Assembly: GCA_026982895.1 (NCBI GenBank)
Contig: JALWQW010000030.1
Span: 14,115-78,114 of the forward strand
Length of the DNA stretch: 64,000 nucleotides
Direction of reading: 5' to 3'
Source of the DNA: Candidatus Micrarchaeota archaeon
Lineage (GTDB): Archaea > Micrarchaeota > Micrarchaeia > Anstonellales > J096
This document shows positions 1-7,933 of the stretch, piece by piece. The notes under the pieces are model-generated. The model saw only the letters and a program-made list of their open reading frames with translations, ran no database searches and had not been told where the DNA came from. Numbering within the stretch: position 1 is the stretch's first letter; each line of letters begins with the position of its first letter. The translations under genes and the position numbers were made by a program.

Positions 1-63
1 AGAAGTGCTAAAGAAAATGAAAAAAGGGGAGAAATTCATAGCAAAGCTAAAGCTTGGAAATAA
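1..63 (+). CDS. 3' end of an unidentified CDS truncated by the window edge
   Basis: Frame 1 is open from base 1 to TAA at 61-63 (RSAKENEKRGEIHSKAKAWK*). Too short to identify. Confidence 0.2.
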   Translation, partial: RSAKENEKRGEIHSKAKAWK

Positions 64-1077
64 TTACTCTATAGAAAAATGAAGCGTCGCCGCTATTCCC
101 CCAACGCCTTTTAACATCTCGCCCCATTCATGACTACTGCTTATTATATGGACTTTAGCTTTTCCTTCAATGGAGCGAAGGAATGAGCGGATGTCTTCTC
201 GCGTAAGGAGCTTATCCAAGACTAGGACATCTTTGAGAGCGTTGAGCCCTGCCGCCCTTTTCACATCGTCTATGCCATAGATTGCTTGCTTATCATCTTT
301 GTATATATGCTTCAAAACATCATCTACAAGACGAGCTTCTCTATCGATGCGCGCCTCGCCGATGGCCTTATCTATTAAGCCTTTATCAAAAAGCTCCTTG
401 ATAGATGAGAGTTCTGCATAACCAACATCGAAGGTTTTGACGGCAAAGCCCTTCTCCTTCAAGAATGTCGCAAGGTGCTCCTTCTCAAAGCCAGGGCCTG
501 CCACGAGGATATAAGCATCTTTATTGAGGGATTCAGCGAGCTTTGTGTAGGCCTTTTTCTTCTCAAAAGCCAGCTCCTTATCAGAAAGCCTTTTAGAAGA
601 TGGCAGTTCTTCCTCGTATTTGACATCGTAACCAAAAGGTCCTATATCCACGACTATGAAATGCTTCTCATCTGATAAAATTAGAATGGCGAGCTTCTGC
701 CTGCTCTTTTTCAGTGATTCTCGGAGAAGGTCTAGCTCATACTCCTGCCACTCTTTCTCGATGTCGATTTTTTGCCCAGGAGTTAAATCTAAGCTGTGAT
801 ACCTGCCGACCTGAACAAAATCCTCGGGCTTTCCCTCTAAGATTTTTCCGGTTAGGCGGAGGCCAAGGGGTTTCTCGCGGAATTCCTTCTTCTCAACCTC
901 AATCTTTATGAAGACGGGTTTCCTCTCCTCTTTGTCACCGATTTTAACTGCTCTATAAGTCCTGCCAGCGACTCTGTCGCCGACATTTATGATTTTATGG
1001 AGGTACCAAAGGTCCTCGCTGCCCTCTATAAGCACAGCAGCCAATCCTTTCTTTTTATCCTCTGTTAGGAGTTTCAC
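64..1077 (-). CDS. pelA: Pelota/Dom34-type mRNA surveillance protein
   Basis: 337 aa. N-terminus MKLL..EGSEDLWYLHKIINVGD, then eRF1-like central and C-terminal regions (LVAGPGFEKE, AIYGIDDVKRAAGLNALKDVLVLD), as in archaeal Pelota. Confidence 0.85.
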   Translation of the reverse strand: MKLLTEDKKKGLAAVLIEGSEDLWYLHKIINVGDRVAGRTYRAVKIGDKEERKPVFIKIEVEKKEFREKPLGLRLTGKILEGKPEDFVQVGRYHSLDLTPGQKIDIEKEWQEYELDLLRESLKKSRQKLAILILSDEKHFIVVDIGPFGYDVKYEEELPSSKRLSDKELAFEKKKAYTKLAESLNKDAYILVAGPGFEKEHLATFLKEKGFAVKTFDVGYAELSSIKELFDKGLIDKAIGEARIDREARLVDDVLKHIYKDDKQAIYGIDDVKRAAGLNALKDVLVLDKLLTREDIRSFLRSIEGKAKVHIISSSHEWGEMLKGVGGIAATLHFSIE

Positions 1078-1099
1078 GGGGCTATGGGAGAAAAAGGGT

Positions 1100-1852
1100 T
1101 TATAAATGAGGTTTAGGTTTCAGCCACGGCGGGTTCACAAAAAGAACTAAGCCTATTTTCTGTATTCTGTGAGGGTCCAAGCCCCACCTCTTGAAGAAAT
1201 AGGCGTCGATATACTTGCGTATGCGGGATATGGCCTCATAGTGCTCTATCGGAAGAACGCGAGCTAAATATTCTTTGTAGCTGTGCTTCTTAGCTTTATA
1301 AGCATCGTATAAGACTTTCACAAAGCCCTGTGTAGGGATAATGTCTTTGTACTTATTGAAGAGGGCTTTTGTCTCCTTGTCCGACTGAAGGCTTTTTACT
1401 TCAGGAGCGGTTAAATCGATGGGCTCGACATCTGTGAGGAGAGTATATAACGACTGATAAAACGCTTTTTTATCGGCGGCCTTAGATGCGAAATGTTCAT
1501 CCAAATACTTCTTCAACAAGTAAAGGCCGTAAAGGTAAGGGTAGAGTTCTTTGAGGAGGAGGGGGGCAACATTTCTAGGTTCGCCGCCCTGCTCATCCTC
1601 TACAAACTTTATAATCCTATAAATATAGAGGCGAACCTTATCAACATCGATGGATTCTATAATTTTCCTCATATTGGTGAAGCGTTTATCCAAAGCCTCG
1701 TAGACCTTCAAGCGCTTCAAGAAACCTATGTATGTGTATTTGTCCATCTTCTCATCATCTAACAGCAGGAATAAGGCATCATCAAAGCCGCTAGACACCG
1801 AAAGATATTTGGCTATAGTTGTAAGTTCATCTTTTTTCGCCTCATTATTCAA
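1100..1852 (-). CDS. hypothetical protein (250 aa)
   Basis: Long ORF 9 nt downstream of the 919-aa ORF on the same strand. No motif recognised. Confidence 0.5.
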   Translation of the reverse strand: MNNEAKKDELTTIAKYLSVSSGFDDALFLLLDDEKMDKYTYIGFLKRLKVYEALDKRFTNMRKIIESIDVDKVRLYIYRIIKFVEDEQGGEPRNVAPLLLKELYPYLYGLYLLKKYLDEHFASKAADKKAFYQSLYTLLTDVEPIDLTAPEVKSLQSDKETKALFNKYKDIIPTQGFVKVLYDAYKAKKHSYKEYLARVLPIEHYEAISRIRKYIDAYFFKRWGLDPHRIQKIGLVLFVNPPWLKPKPHL

Positions 1853-1861
1853 TCACATCAC

Positions 1862-4621
1862 CTACCCGCGCTCTTGTAATCTCCTTCCTTGCTCTGCTTC
1901 ATGTTCCTGATTAGCTGTAGCAGGAAGCCTTTCAGGAGGTTTGGGTTCAACAGGCAATTCTTCTCCATCCTGCGTTACTTCAGAACCTGTTAATTTAGCA
2001 CCTGCTTGATCAAGCGTATTATTCACGCGACCAAGAGTCTCTGCAACAATGGTGTGGGCAACTTCACCTTGCTCTGCTTCATTCATGGGCAAGCCGGTGG
2101 TAGATATTTTGAATGTGTCCTGAGATTCATTGACATTCAGCACAACGTTGTGTTCAGTCGCTACTTTATCAAGCGTTTGTATGAAGAGATTTTTAATTTT
2201 GCCAGCAGTCCTCTCACCTAGCATTTTAGGTAAATTGTCTAGAGAAATTGCCATAGGTTTATTATTGTATTTGAACGTCAGAGAAAATTTATATGAATTG
2301 ACTCTAGAAGGCGAAGAAAAAGCCGCTGTTTGAGTTGGCTGCGAATAGGAAGTATAATTATCAGAAGAATCAGTTGGAAGTATAAGAGCATGTAAATGTT
2401 GCGATCGAAAGGATGTGGGCACATTTGCAGTTTTAAGAGAGGCGTCAATTTTTTTCTTCATATCTCTTATAGGTTTATTATGAGTATAATAAAGATTGGA
2501 CATAGCTACATTATACGAAGAAGAATAATTCATAATCTTCTTAACGCTACTATTCAGGACTTGTGGAGAGGTATAAGTAATTTGTGCATTAGAAGAAGCC
2601 GTATTTAAATGGTGGGTGAGGTCTGCTTGAACCTTATCCGACGAAACACCAGAAGAATCTATAAATATGGCCATATTAGTGTGTCTATTATCTTGATATG
2701 TGTAAATTTTAATGTGGCCTTTATACTTTCTTTCAATGCGGGCCGCTGCTTGGATAACTGATTCTTCACCAAGAGAAGTTTGAGCAAGGATCACTCTGCC
2801 ATTTTTGAAAAAATCTTCGCCGACAGTTGATTTCAACCGTGAATTTATAGCACCTTTTGAAAAGAGATTTTTAACAGGATCTAGGCTTTTATTCAGTTTC
2901 TCATTAAGTTCAGTAAGAGGCATTTTCCCAAATTCTTCAAGAGATAAATCTACACTCTTTTTAGGGTTGTTTAAGCCAATCACTTTGACGCGCATCTCAG
3001 CCTCCTGCTCATAGACCACAAAAATATGATTTTTAGTTTTTCCAACTTCATGCACAACTTTGCCAGAACCCTCTCCAAATTCTCTCTCTAAATCTTCTTT
3101 AAAGACTTCCTTAAAACCAGCAGGCTTCTCTACTTTACTAAATAACTTTTCTGACCAATTCAACATCCTCTTCGTTACACGAATAACTGCATAGGTTTCA
3201 CCAGAAGTTTTAAGTTTATCTTCTAAGTTTCTTTTAAACCATTCAAGATGCTGCTCGACTTTTTCTAATGATACCATACCTGTTTCAAGCCGCTTTTTTA
3301 GATATTTCTTCGCATTCAATGATTTTTTAGTTTTAACGACAGTCTCGGCAAACTTTCCACCACCTATCTTAACCCCTCTTACAAATCCCCCTAATGCGAT
3401 ATTTACTACAGCAAGCTCCGCGGCCGCTTTGAAGATTTCTTTACCAGATATCTCAGCTTTTTTCTCCAAAACAGTCTTAATATGCTCGTTCTTTTCAGTC
3501 AAATTTTCATAAATCTCATCACTAATCATATGTTTTTTGTGGAGATTATCAAGCATTTTCTGTGTCTTTTCAGGGTTATAAGCATGAAGAAGATTTTGTA
3601 TAGAAGATTTCTCGCTTAATTGATGGAATACACCAGTGCTAGTTCCAGCGACGGCACCTACCAACCCCTCTTCTACCAAAAAGCTAAGAAGTTTCCCTCC
3701 CTTTGTTTTTAGGAAAGCTTCACCCACCAACTTCCCCACCACTTTCTCAGTACCGCTCGCTAACAACTTTTCAAAACCACCTACAGGTAAAATAGTCATC
3801 CATATATCCAAATTGTACATTACATTGCCCACACTAATATCATGTTTACCGACAATATGTGTTGCCTGTGATAGATTCGCAACCATGGAAAGTTTGGTAG
3901 AGGTATACTTCTCAAATAAATTCCCTAATTGATTCAATGTTTTTTCATCCATTTTCCCATCATTTACAGCTTTGAGAAGCTTTTGCATTCTTCTCCTATA
4001 AATTTTAAGATATGTCAAATTTTGTTTCGCGTTGTTGAGGTAAGTAGTGGCTTTATAAAAATCTGTATCTTCTGCTTTCTTACCTTTGATTGAATTATAT
4101 AACGCAGGAACGACGTTGGTGAACATAGTCATTATAACCTGAGGCGTCTTTTTTATGCCACCCTCGAGAACACCTTGCCATTGAAGATATTTTTCAGTTA
4201 CTTGTGCTAAATAATTTTCTAAATCATTAGTACTTAATCGTTGCAATTGTTTCCTCCTCTCATTAAGAGAGGATAATGCTGTTAAGGATTTCATAACATT
4301 GACTTCCCTATGTTCTTTGCCTTTATTAGACCTAACTAAGCGCAAAAATATTCTATTGTTCTTATCTTTTTCTATGTAAAAATCATAACCAATATTATTT
4401 CTTCCAGTAGCATCTAAATAATTTGAGATAAGATTATTTGCTGCAAGAACATCATTATAAATCTGTTGAGGTGTTTTGCCTTTCAATTTTTCAGAATCTA
4501 AAGAGAGAGTGTACATTGCACGATTATCATCAGAGAATATTGGTTGAGAGGGTATATTAATGCCACGCTTTCTAAGTGTTTCTCTTACAAAATTCCAATC
4601 CGAAGCAGAGGGCCTGTTCAT
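1862..4621 (-). CDS. large hypothetical protein (919 aa) with Gly-rich hydrophobic central segments
   Basis: Uninterrupted 2.76-kb ORF. Central hydrophobic stretches (LVEEGLVGAVAGTSTGVF, AAAELAVVNIALGGFVRGVKIGGG), a coiled-coil-like N-terminal half and an S/T/N/Y-rich C-terminal half. No family recognised. Confidence 0.6.
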   Translation of the reverse strand: MNRPSASDWNFVRETLRKRGINIPSQPIFSDDNRAMYTLSLDSEKLKGKTPQQIYNDVLAANNLISNYLDATGRNNIGYDFYIEKDKNNRIFLRLVRSNKGKEHREVNVMKSLTALSSLNERRKQLQRLSTNDLENYLAQVTEKYLQWQGVLEGGIKKTPQVIMTMFTNVVPALYNSIKGKKAEDTDFYKATTYLNNAKQNLTYLKIYRRRMQKLLKAVNDGKMDEKTLNQLGNLFEKYTSTKLSMVANLSQATHIVGKHDISVGNVMYNLDIWMTILPVGGFEKLLASGTEKVVGKLVGEAFLKTKGGKLLSFLVEEGLVGAVAGTSTGVFHQLSEKSSIQNLLHAYNPEKTQKMLDNLHKKHMISDEIYENLTEKNEHIKTVLEKKAEISGKEIFKAAAELAVVNIALGGFVRGVKIGGGKFAETVVKTKKSLNAKKYLKKRLETGMVSLEKVEQHLEWFKRNLEDKLKTSGETYAVIRVTKRMLNWSEKLFSKVEKPAGFKEVFKEDLEREFGEGSGKVVHEVGKTKNHIFVVYEQEAEMRVKVIGLNNPKKSVDLSLEEFGKMPLTELNEKLNKSLDPVKNLFSKGAINSRLKSTVGEDFFKNGRVILAQTSLGEESVIQAAARIERKYKGHIKIYTYQDNRHTNMAIFIDSSGVSSDKVQADLTHHLNTASSNAQITYTSPQVLNSSVKKIMNYSSSYNVAMSNLYYTHNKPIRDMKKKIDASLKTANVPTSFRSQHLHALILPTDSSDNYTSYSQPTQTAAFSSPSRVNSYKFSLTFKYNNKPMAISLDNLPKMLGERTAGKIKNLFIQTLDKVATEHNVVLNVNESQDTFKISTTGLPMNEAEQGEVAHTIVAETLGRVNNTLDQAGAKLTGSEVTQDGEELPVEPKPPERLPATANQEHEAEQGRRLQERG

Positions 4622-4669
4622 AAAAAAGGTTGAGAGGCGAATATTTAAAAATGGACATTGGATTAAAGT

Positions 4670-5413
4670 TTATAACAAACTTGACAAAAAGAGTTTATCA
4701 TCATCACTATACTTTAAATTTTCTCCAACTTCCAAAACAGCAGAGGTATAAAGGTAAAAGTGCCTACGAGGTTTTTTATGCTCATTGATGATTTTATAAG
4801 CAATAGGTGCTACTGCTAGAAGTTCTGCTTCTCTAACCTTACAATCGGGAGAGGAAATCGCGCATAGTTTGGTGACATCCTGCACGTTAGAAAACAAAGC
4901 CTTCAAAAGCCTATCATCGTTGATATCATCCAAATTTACTTTCCGCTCCCGAACATTACGAAAATAGTGAAAGAGAGCCGTCGCGACTGTGCCAAAGGCA
5001 AGAGCATGAATATAAGTATCACCATAAGCTTGATCAAGAGCCTTCTGAACATCTGGAAGAAGCATTATACTAACACCATATACAGTTATAGATACCATAA
5101 GAAAAATTCTATTCCAAAGAATTTCTTTCTTCTGGCGGAGTGCATCGACAAATGGATATGTATTTTCATTTAGTGCAGCCATAGGCTTGAAGTAACAGGG
5201 CACATCACTAAAGCGTTTTTCCCAGCCTTTTACTTGTCTCGTTAGAAGGGGCTTATAAAATTGCTCAACGACGGAGTCTTTATTCAGCTTAGAAAGATGA
5301 GGCAATTTGGAGAATTTATCCTTAAAAGCCTCAAAAGCCTTTCCATAATATTCATAATCTACTCGCTTCTCTGCCTTTGTCCTGAATGTAACAAAGAAAA
5401 ATCGGGTTGCCAT
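4670..5413 (-). CDS. hypothetical membrane protein (247 aa)
   Basis: ORF with two hydrophobic segments (IFLMVSITVYGVSIMLL, IHALAFGTVATALF). Consensus A/T box at 5436-5447, 22-34 nt upstream of the ATG. Confidence 0.55.
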   Translation of the reverse strand: MATRFFFVTFRTKAEKRVDYEYYGKAFEAFKDKFSKLPHLSKLNKDSVVEQFYKPLLTRQVKGWEKRFSDVPCYFKPMAALNENTYPFVDALRQKKEILWNRIFLMVSITVYGVSIMLLPDVQKALDQAYGDTYIHALAFGTVATALFHYFRNVRERKVNLDDINDDRLLKALFSNVQDVTKLCAISSPDCKVREAELLAVAPIAYKIINEHKKPRRHFYLYTSAVLEVGENLKYSDDDKLFLSSLL

Positions 5414-5435
5414 AGCTAATTACTGTGGGAAAAAG

Positions 5436-5447
5436 TTTATAAATATA
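5436..5447 (-). promoter_or_regulatory. TATA-like A/T box for 4670..5413
   Basis: tttataaatata, 22-34 nt upstream of ATG 5413. Confidence 0.5.
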
Positions 5448-5472
5448 GGCAGGCAATCGGGAAAGGCAACGG

Positions 5473-5484
5473 CTTTAAAAAAAT
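5473..5484 (+). promoter_or_regulatory. TATA-like A/T box for rfcS
   Basis: ctttaaaaaaat, 22-29 nt upstream of ATG 5503. Confidence 0.5.
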
Positions 5485-6474
5485 ATGGCCTCCTTCACTG
5501 CCATGTCAGAATTTTTACCGTGGATTGAAAAGTACAGGCCAAGAAAATTGGATGATGTTATTGGACAGGAAACCGTCGTAAAGGCAATGAAGGCCTTCGT
5601 GAAGAGAGGAGATATGCCTCATCTCCTATTCAGCGGGCCGCCGGGCGTAGGTAAAACGACGATAGCACTCGCTTTAGCCCACGAGCTTTACGGCGACGAC
5701 ATAGGTGGAAATTTTCTAGAAATGAATGCCAGCGACGAGAGGAAGTTAGAGTATATCAGAGGAAAGGTTAAAGACTTCGCCAGAGCCATGATAAACAACA
5801 AAGTGGGCTTTAAGATTATTTTCCTCGACGAAGCCGACGCTCTAACCCAAGATGCCCAGCACGCTCTCCGCCGCACGATGGAGGTGTTCTCCGAAGAGAC
5901 GCGATTCATACTCGGTTGCAACTATTCAAGCAAAATCATAGAGCCAATACAAAGCAGAACTGCTGTCTTCAAATTCAGCCCGCTAACAAGGGAGGATGTT
6001 GAAAAGCTCGTTAAGCGTGTAGCTCATGGAGAAGAACTACATGTGGATAAGGAAGCTCTCGACGCAATTTACTATGTGAGCATGGGTGATATGCGAAAGG
6101 CCATAAACATCCTTCAAGGAGCAGCATTTATAAACAAAAAAATAACAAAGGAGCTCATCTTCAAGTTGGCAAGTCAAGCTTCGCCAGAAACAATTAAAGA
6201 GATAGCGGAGGAAGCGTATAAGGGGCATTTCGTAAAGGCCAGAAAACTCATAGACGAGCTTAGAATAAATATGGGATTAAGCGGAGAGGATGTGCTCATA
6301 CAACTCTACCGCCACGTTCTTGACATGGACATAAGTGAAGAAGAGAAAGCGTTCCTTATCGATAAAATAGCAGAATACAATTATCGGCTCGTCGAGGGGG
6401 CTAACGAAAAAATACAAATTGATGCCCTCTTAGCGCAATTCAGCATTGCAAAAGAGCATAAGCACAGGCATTAA
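5485..6474 (+). CDS. rfcS: replication factor C small subunit
   Basis: PWIEKYRP, Walker A GPPGVGKTT, Walker B FLDEADALT and the SRT motif (IQSRTAVFKF). The A/T box at 5473-5484 sits only 1-12 nt from ATG 5485 but 22-29 nt from the second ATG at 5503 (MSEFLPWIEKYRP), so 5503 is the more likely start. Confidence 0.9.
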   Translation: MASFTAMSEFLPWIEKYRPRKLDDVIGQETVVKAMKAFVKRGDMPHLLFSGPPGVGKTTIALALAHELYGDDIGGNFLEMNASDERKLEYIRGKVKDFARAMINNKVGFKIIFLDEADALTQDAQHALRRTMEVFSEETRFILGCNYSSKIIEPIQSRTAVFKFSPLTREDVEKLVKRVAHGEELHVDKEALDAIYYVSMGDMRKAINILQGAAFINKKITKELIFKLASQASPETIKEIAEEAYKGHFVKARKLIDELRINMGLSGEDVLIQLYRHVLDMDISEEEKAFLIDKIAEYNYRLVEGANEKIQIDALLAQFSIAKEHKHRH

Positions 6475-6508
6475 ACAGTATTTTCAAGTGGCAGAGTCAT
6501 ATAAATAA

Positions 6509-6946
6509 TTATAATGAGAACTCCATCTTCAAACCATCTCTAACATAGCACAAGTCATGGATGCAATTTAAACCAAGCCTCTTGCATTCTTCCAAGGCCT
6601 TCGGACTCTCGCTGCCCGGCTGCATCCACACATTTTTTATGCCGAGCTCAGCAATTTTTGGTAGAGTTGCCTCTGTTACTTGCGGCGGCACAATAGTTAT
6701 AACTAAATCCGGCTTTTCGGGAAGAGCCTGGAGAGATGAATAAATTTTATGCCCTTCAATCTCATCTGTATTTGGATTTACGCCATAAACTTTATAATCT
6801 TCCTTCAAGAGCTGCATGAAAACTTTATAGCCATATTTTTCTTTATGCCTGCTCGCCCCTATCACAGCTATGACATTATCTTTTCGCATTAAGGTGGAAA
6901 TCTCGACCATGGAGTTAAAAGGAAAGAAAGGTTTAAAAATACTCAA
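6509..6946 (-). CDS. CoA-binding domain protein (YccU/YneT-like)
   Basis: NVIAVIGASRHKEKYGYKV..L....YKVYGVNPN and VWMQPG motifs typical of the CoA_binding_2 family. The start overlaps the upstream ORF stop by 4 nt. Confidence 0.7.
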   Translation of the reverse strand: MSIFKPFFPFNSMVEISTLMRKDNVIAVIGASRHKEKYGYKVFMQLLKEDYKVYGVNPNTDEIEGHKIYSSLQALPEKPDLVITIVPPQVTEATLPKIAELGIKNVWMQPGSESPKALEECKRLGLNCIHDLCYVRDGLKMEFSL

Positions 6947-7656
6947 GAGTTTTTCTTCTCAGTGTTATCTGAGCTTTGCAAAAACACTTCAGAGGATTTT
7001 ATGAGTTTAACCAATTCCTCCTTAGACTGTATGGCCTTTATGAGCTTATTTATATGCTCAATAAACATGGCTAAGGAAGCACCCTCCAATTGAACCAAAC
7101 GATCTTTCAAAAGTTTGGCCTCGAGCATCTTAGAAATGTCTTCATATTCTCTTGAGACTGCTTCAGATGACTTTCCTTCAACCTCTTTGCCAAAGGGCTT
7201 AGGTTTATTCTGAAGAGATAATGTAAAACCATATACCTCATTAAGGGTGGTGTTAACAAACGAAAGATACTCTTTATCGCCCAACATGCTACGGATCTGC
7301 CTGAGGTTCTGCGCGACTTTCACTATTTCATCGACAGTTTTGTGGGCCTGCTTTTTCTCATGTGGAGAAAGATTCGAATCATCAATTTTTTTCCTAATCT
7401 TCCTTTCGGCTTTTTCTTGAGATTTTTTGTCACCGACTAAAAATATGCCCATATATCTAAAACTTTCTAGTGGAGCAAGAGATAATTTCCTCTGGAGATC
7501 AGACATATGACCCACAAGCAAGAATATGTTTTTTCGCCCTCTCTTAAAGAGTTCTACCTTCGAAGGCTTAGGCTTCTGCCTCGAAAAAATCTCATTGTCA
7601 TTCAATGCCATATAGAAACTAGAAGAGAAAAAATTAAAAATCAGCCTATAATCCAA
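6943..7656 (-). CDS. hypothetical protein (237 aa, or 222 aa from Met16 at 7611)
   Basis: ORF lying between the Sec61-beta-like gene and the CoA-binding gene. Starting at 7611 would avoid overlapping the small upstream gene. No motif recognised. Confidence 0.5.
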   Translation of the reverse strand: MDYRLIFNFFSSSFYMALNDNEIFSRQKPKPSKVELFKRGRKNIFLLVGHMSDLQRKLSLAPLESFRYMGIFLVGDKKSQEKAERKIRKKIDDSNLSPHEKKQAHKTVDEIVKVAQNLRQIRSMLGDKEYLSFVNTTLNEVYGFTLSLQNKPKPFGKEVEGKSSEAVSREYEDISKMLEAKLLKDRLVQLEGASLAMFIEHINKLIKAIQSKEELVKLIKSSEVFLQSSDNTEKKNS

Positions 7657-7808
7657 TGTAAAATCTTAATCGCAGCCACAAGAACAACTGCAAAAATCAG
7701 CAGTTTATCTGGAGCTACTACAAACATGCTTTCATTTTCAGATGTAAATGCGCCTCCCATAATACCTGCAGCAGCAGAGGGCATCATAACGCGCTTTTTT
7801 AGTCCCAT
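7641..7808 (-). CDS. secG: preprotein translocase Sec61-beta (archaeal SecG/Sec-beta)-like small membrane protein, 55 aa
   Basis: Hand translation gives MGLKKRVMMPSAAAGIMGGAFTSENESMFVVAPDKLLIFAVVLVAAIKILHWIIG*. It has a basic N-terminus, a SAAG(I/L) motif and one C-terminal TM helix, matching the Sec-beta layout. A/T box at 7831-7840, 23-32 nt upstream. Below the ORF-track size cutoff. Confidence 0.55.
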   Translation of the reverse strand: MGLKKRVMMPSAAAGIMGGAFTSENESMFVVAPDKLLIFAVVLVAAIKILHWIIG

Positions 7809-7830
7809 GGCCGCTTATTCCTGCAAAATG

Positions 7831-7840
7831 TTTAAAAAAA
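7831..7840 (-). promoter_or_regulatory. TATA-like A/T box for the Sec61-beta-like gene
   Basis: Minus-strand tttttttaaa, 23-32 nt upstream of ATG 7808. Confidence 0.5.
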
Positions 7841-7902
7841 GATTTGATGGCGTTTGAGATAGAAAGTAGGGGCTAAAAGTATATTTGGTGTTTTAGGCGA
7901 AG

Positions 7903-7912
7903 GTTTTTAAAC
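7903..7912 (+). promoter_or_regulatory. TATA-like A/T box for 7934..9844
   Basis: gtttttaaac, 23-30 nt upstream of the ATG. Confidence 0.55.
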
Positions 7913-7933
7913 ACTCCTTACCACTAATATATT

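Noticed and set aside
7507-7857. 116-aa plus-strand ORF in the 7.6-7.9 kb gap
   Set aside because: The opposite strand encodes a Sec61-beta-like protein with a consensus promoter, and the plus-strand product has no features.
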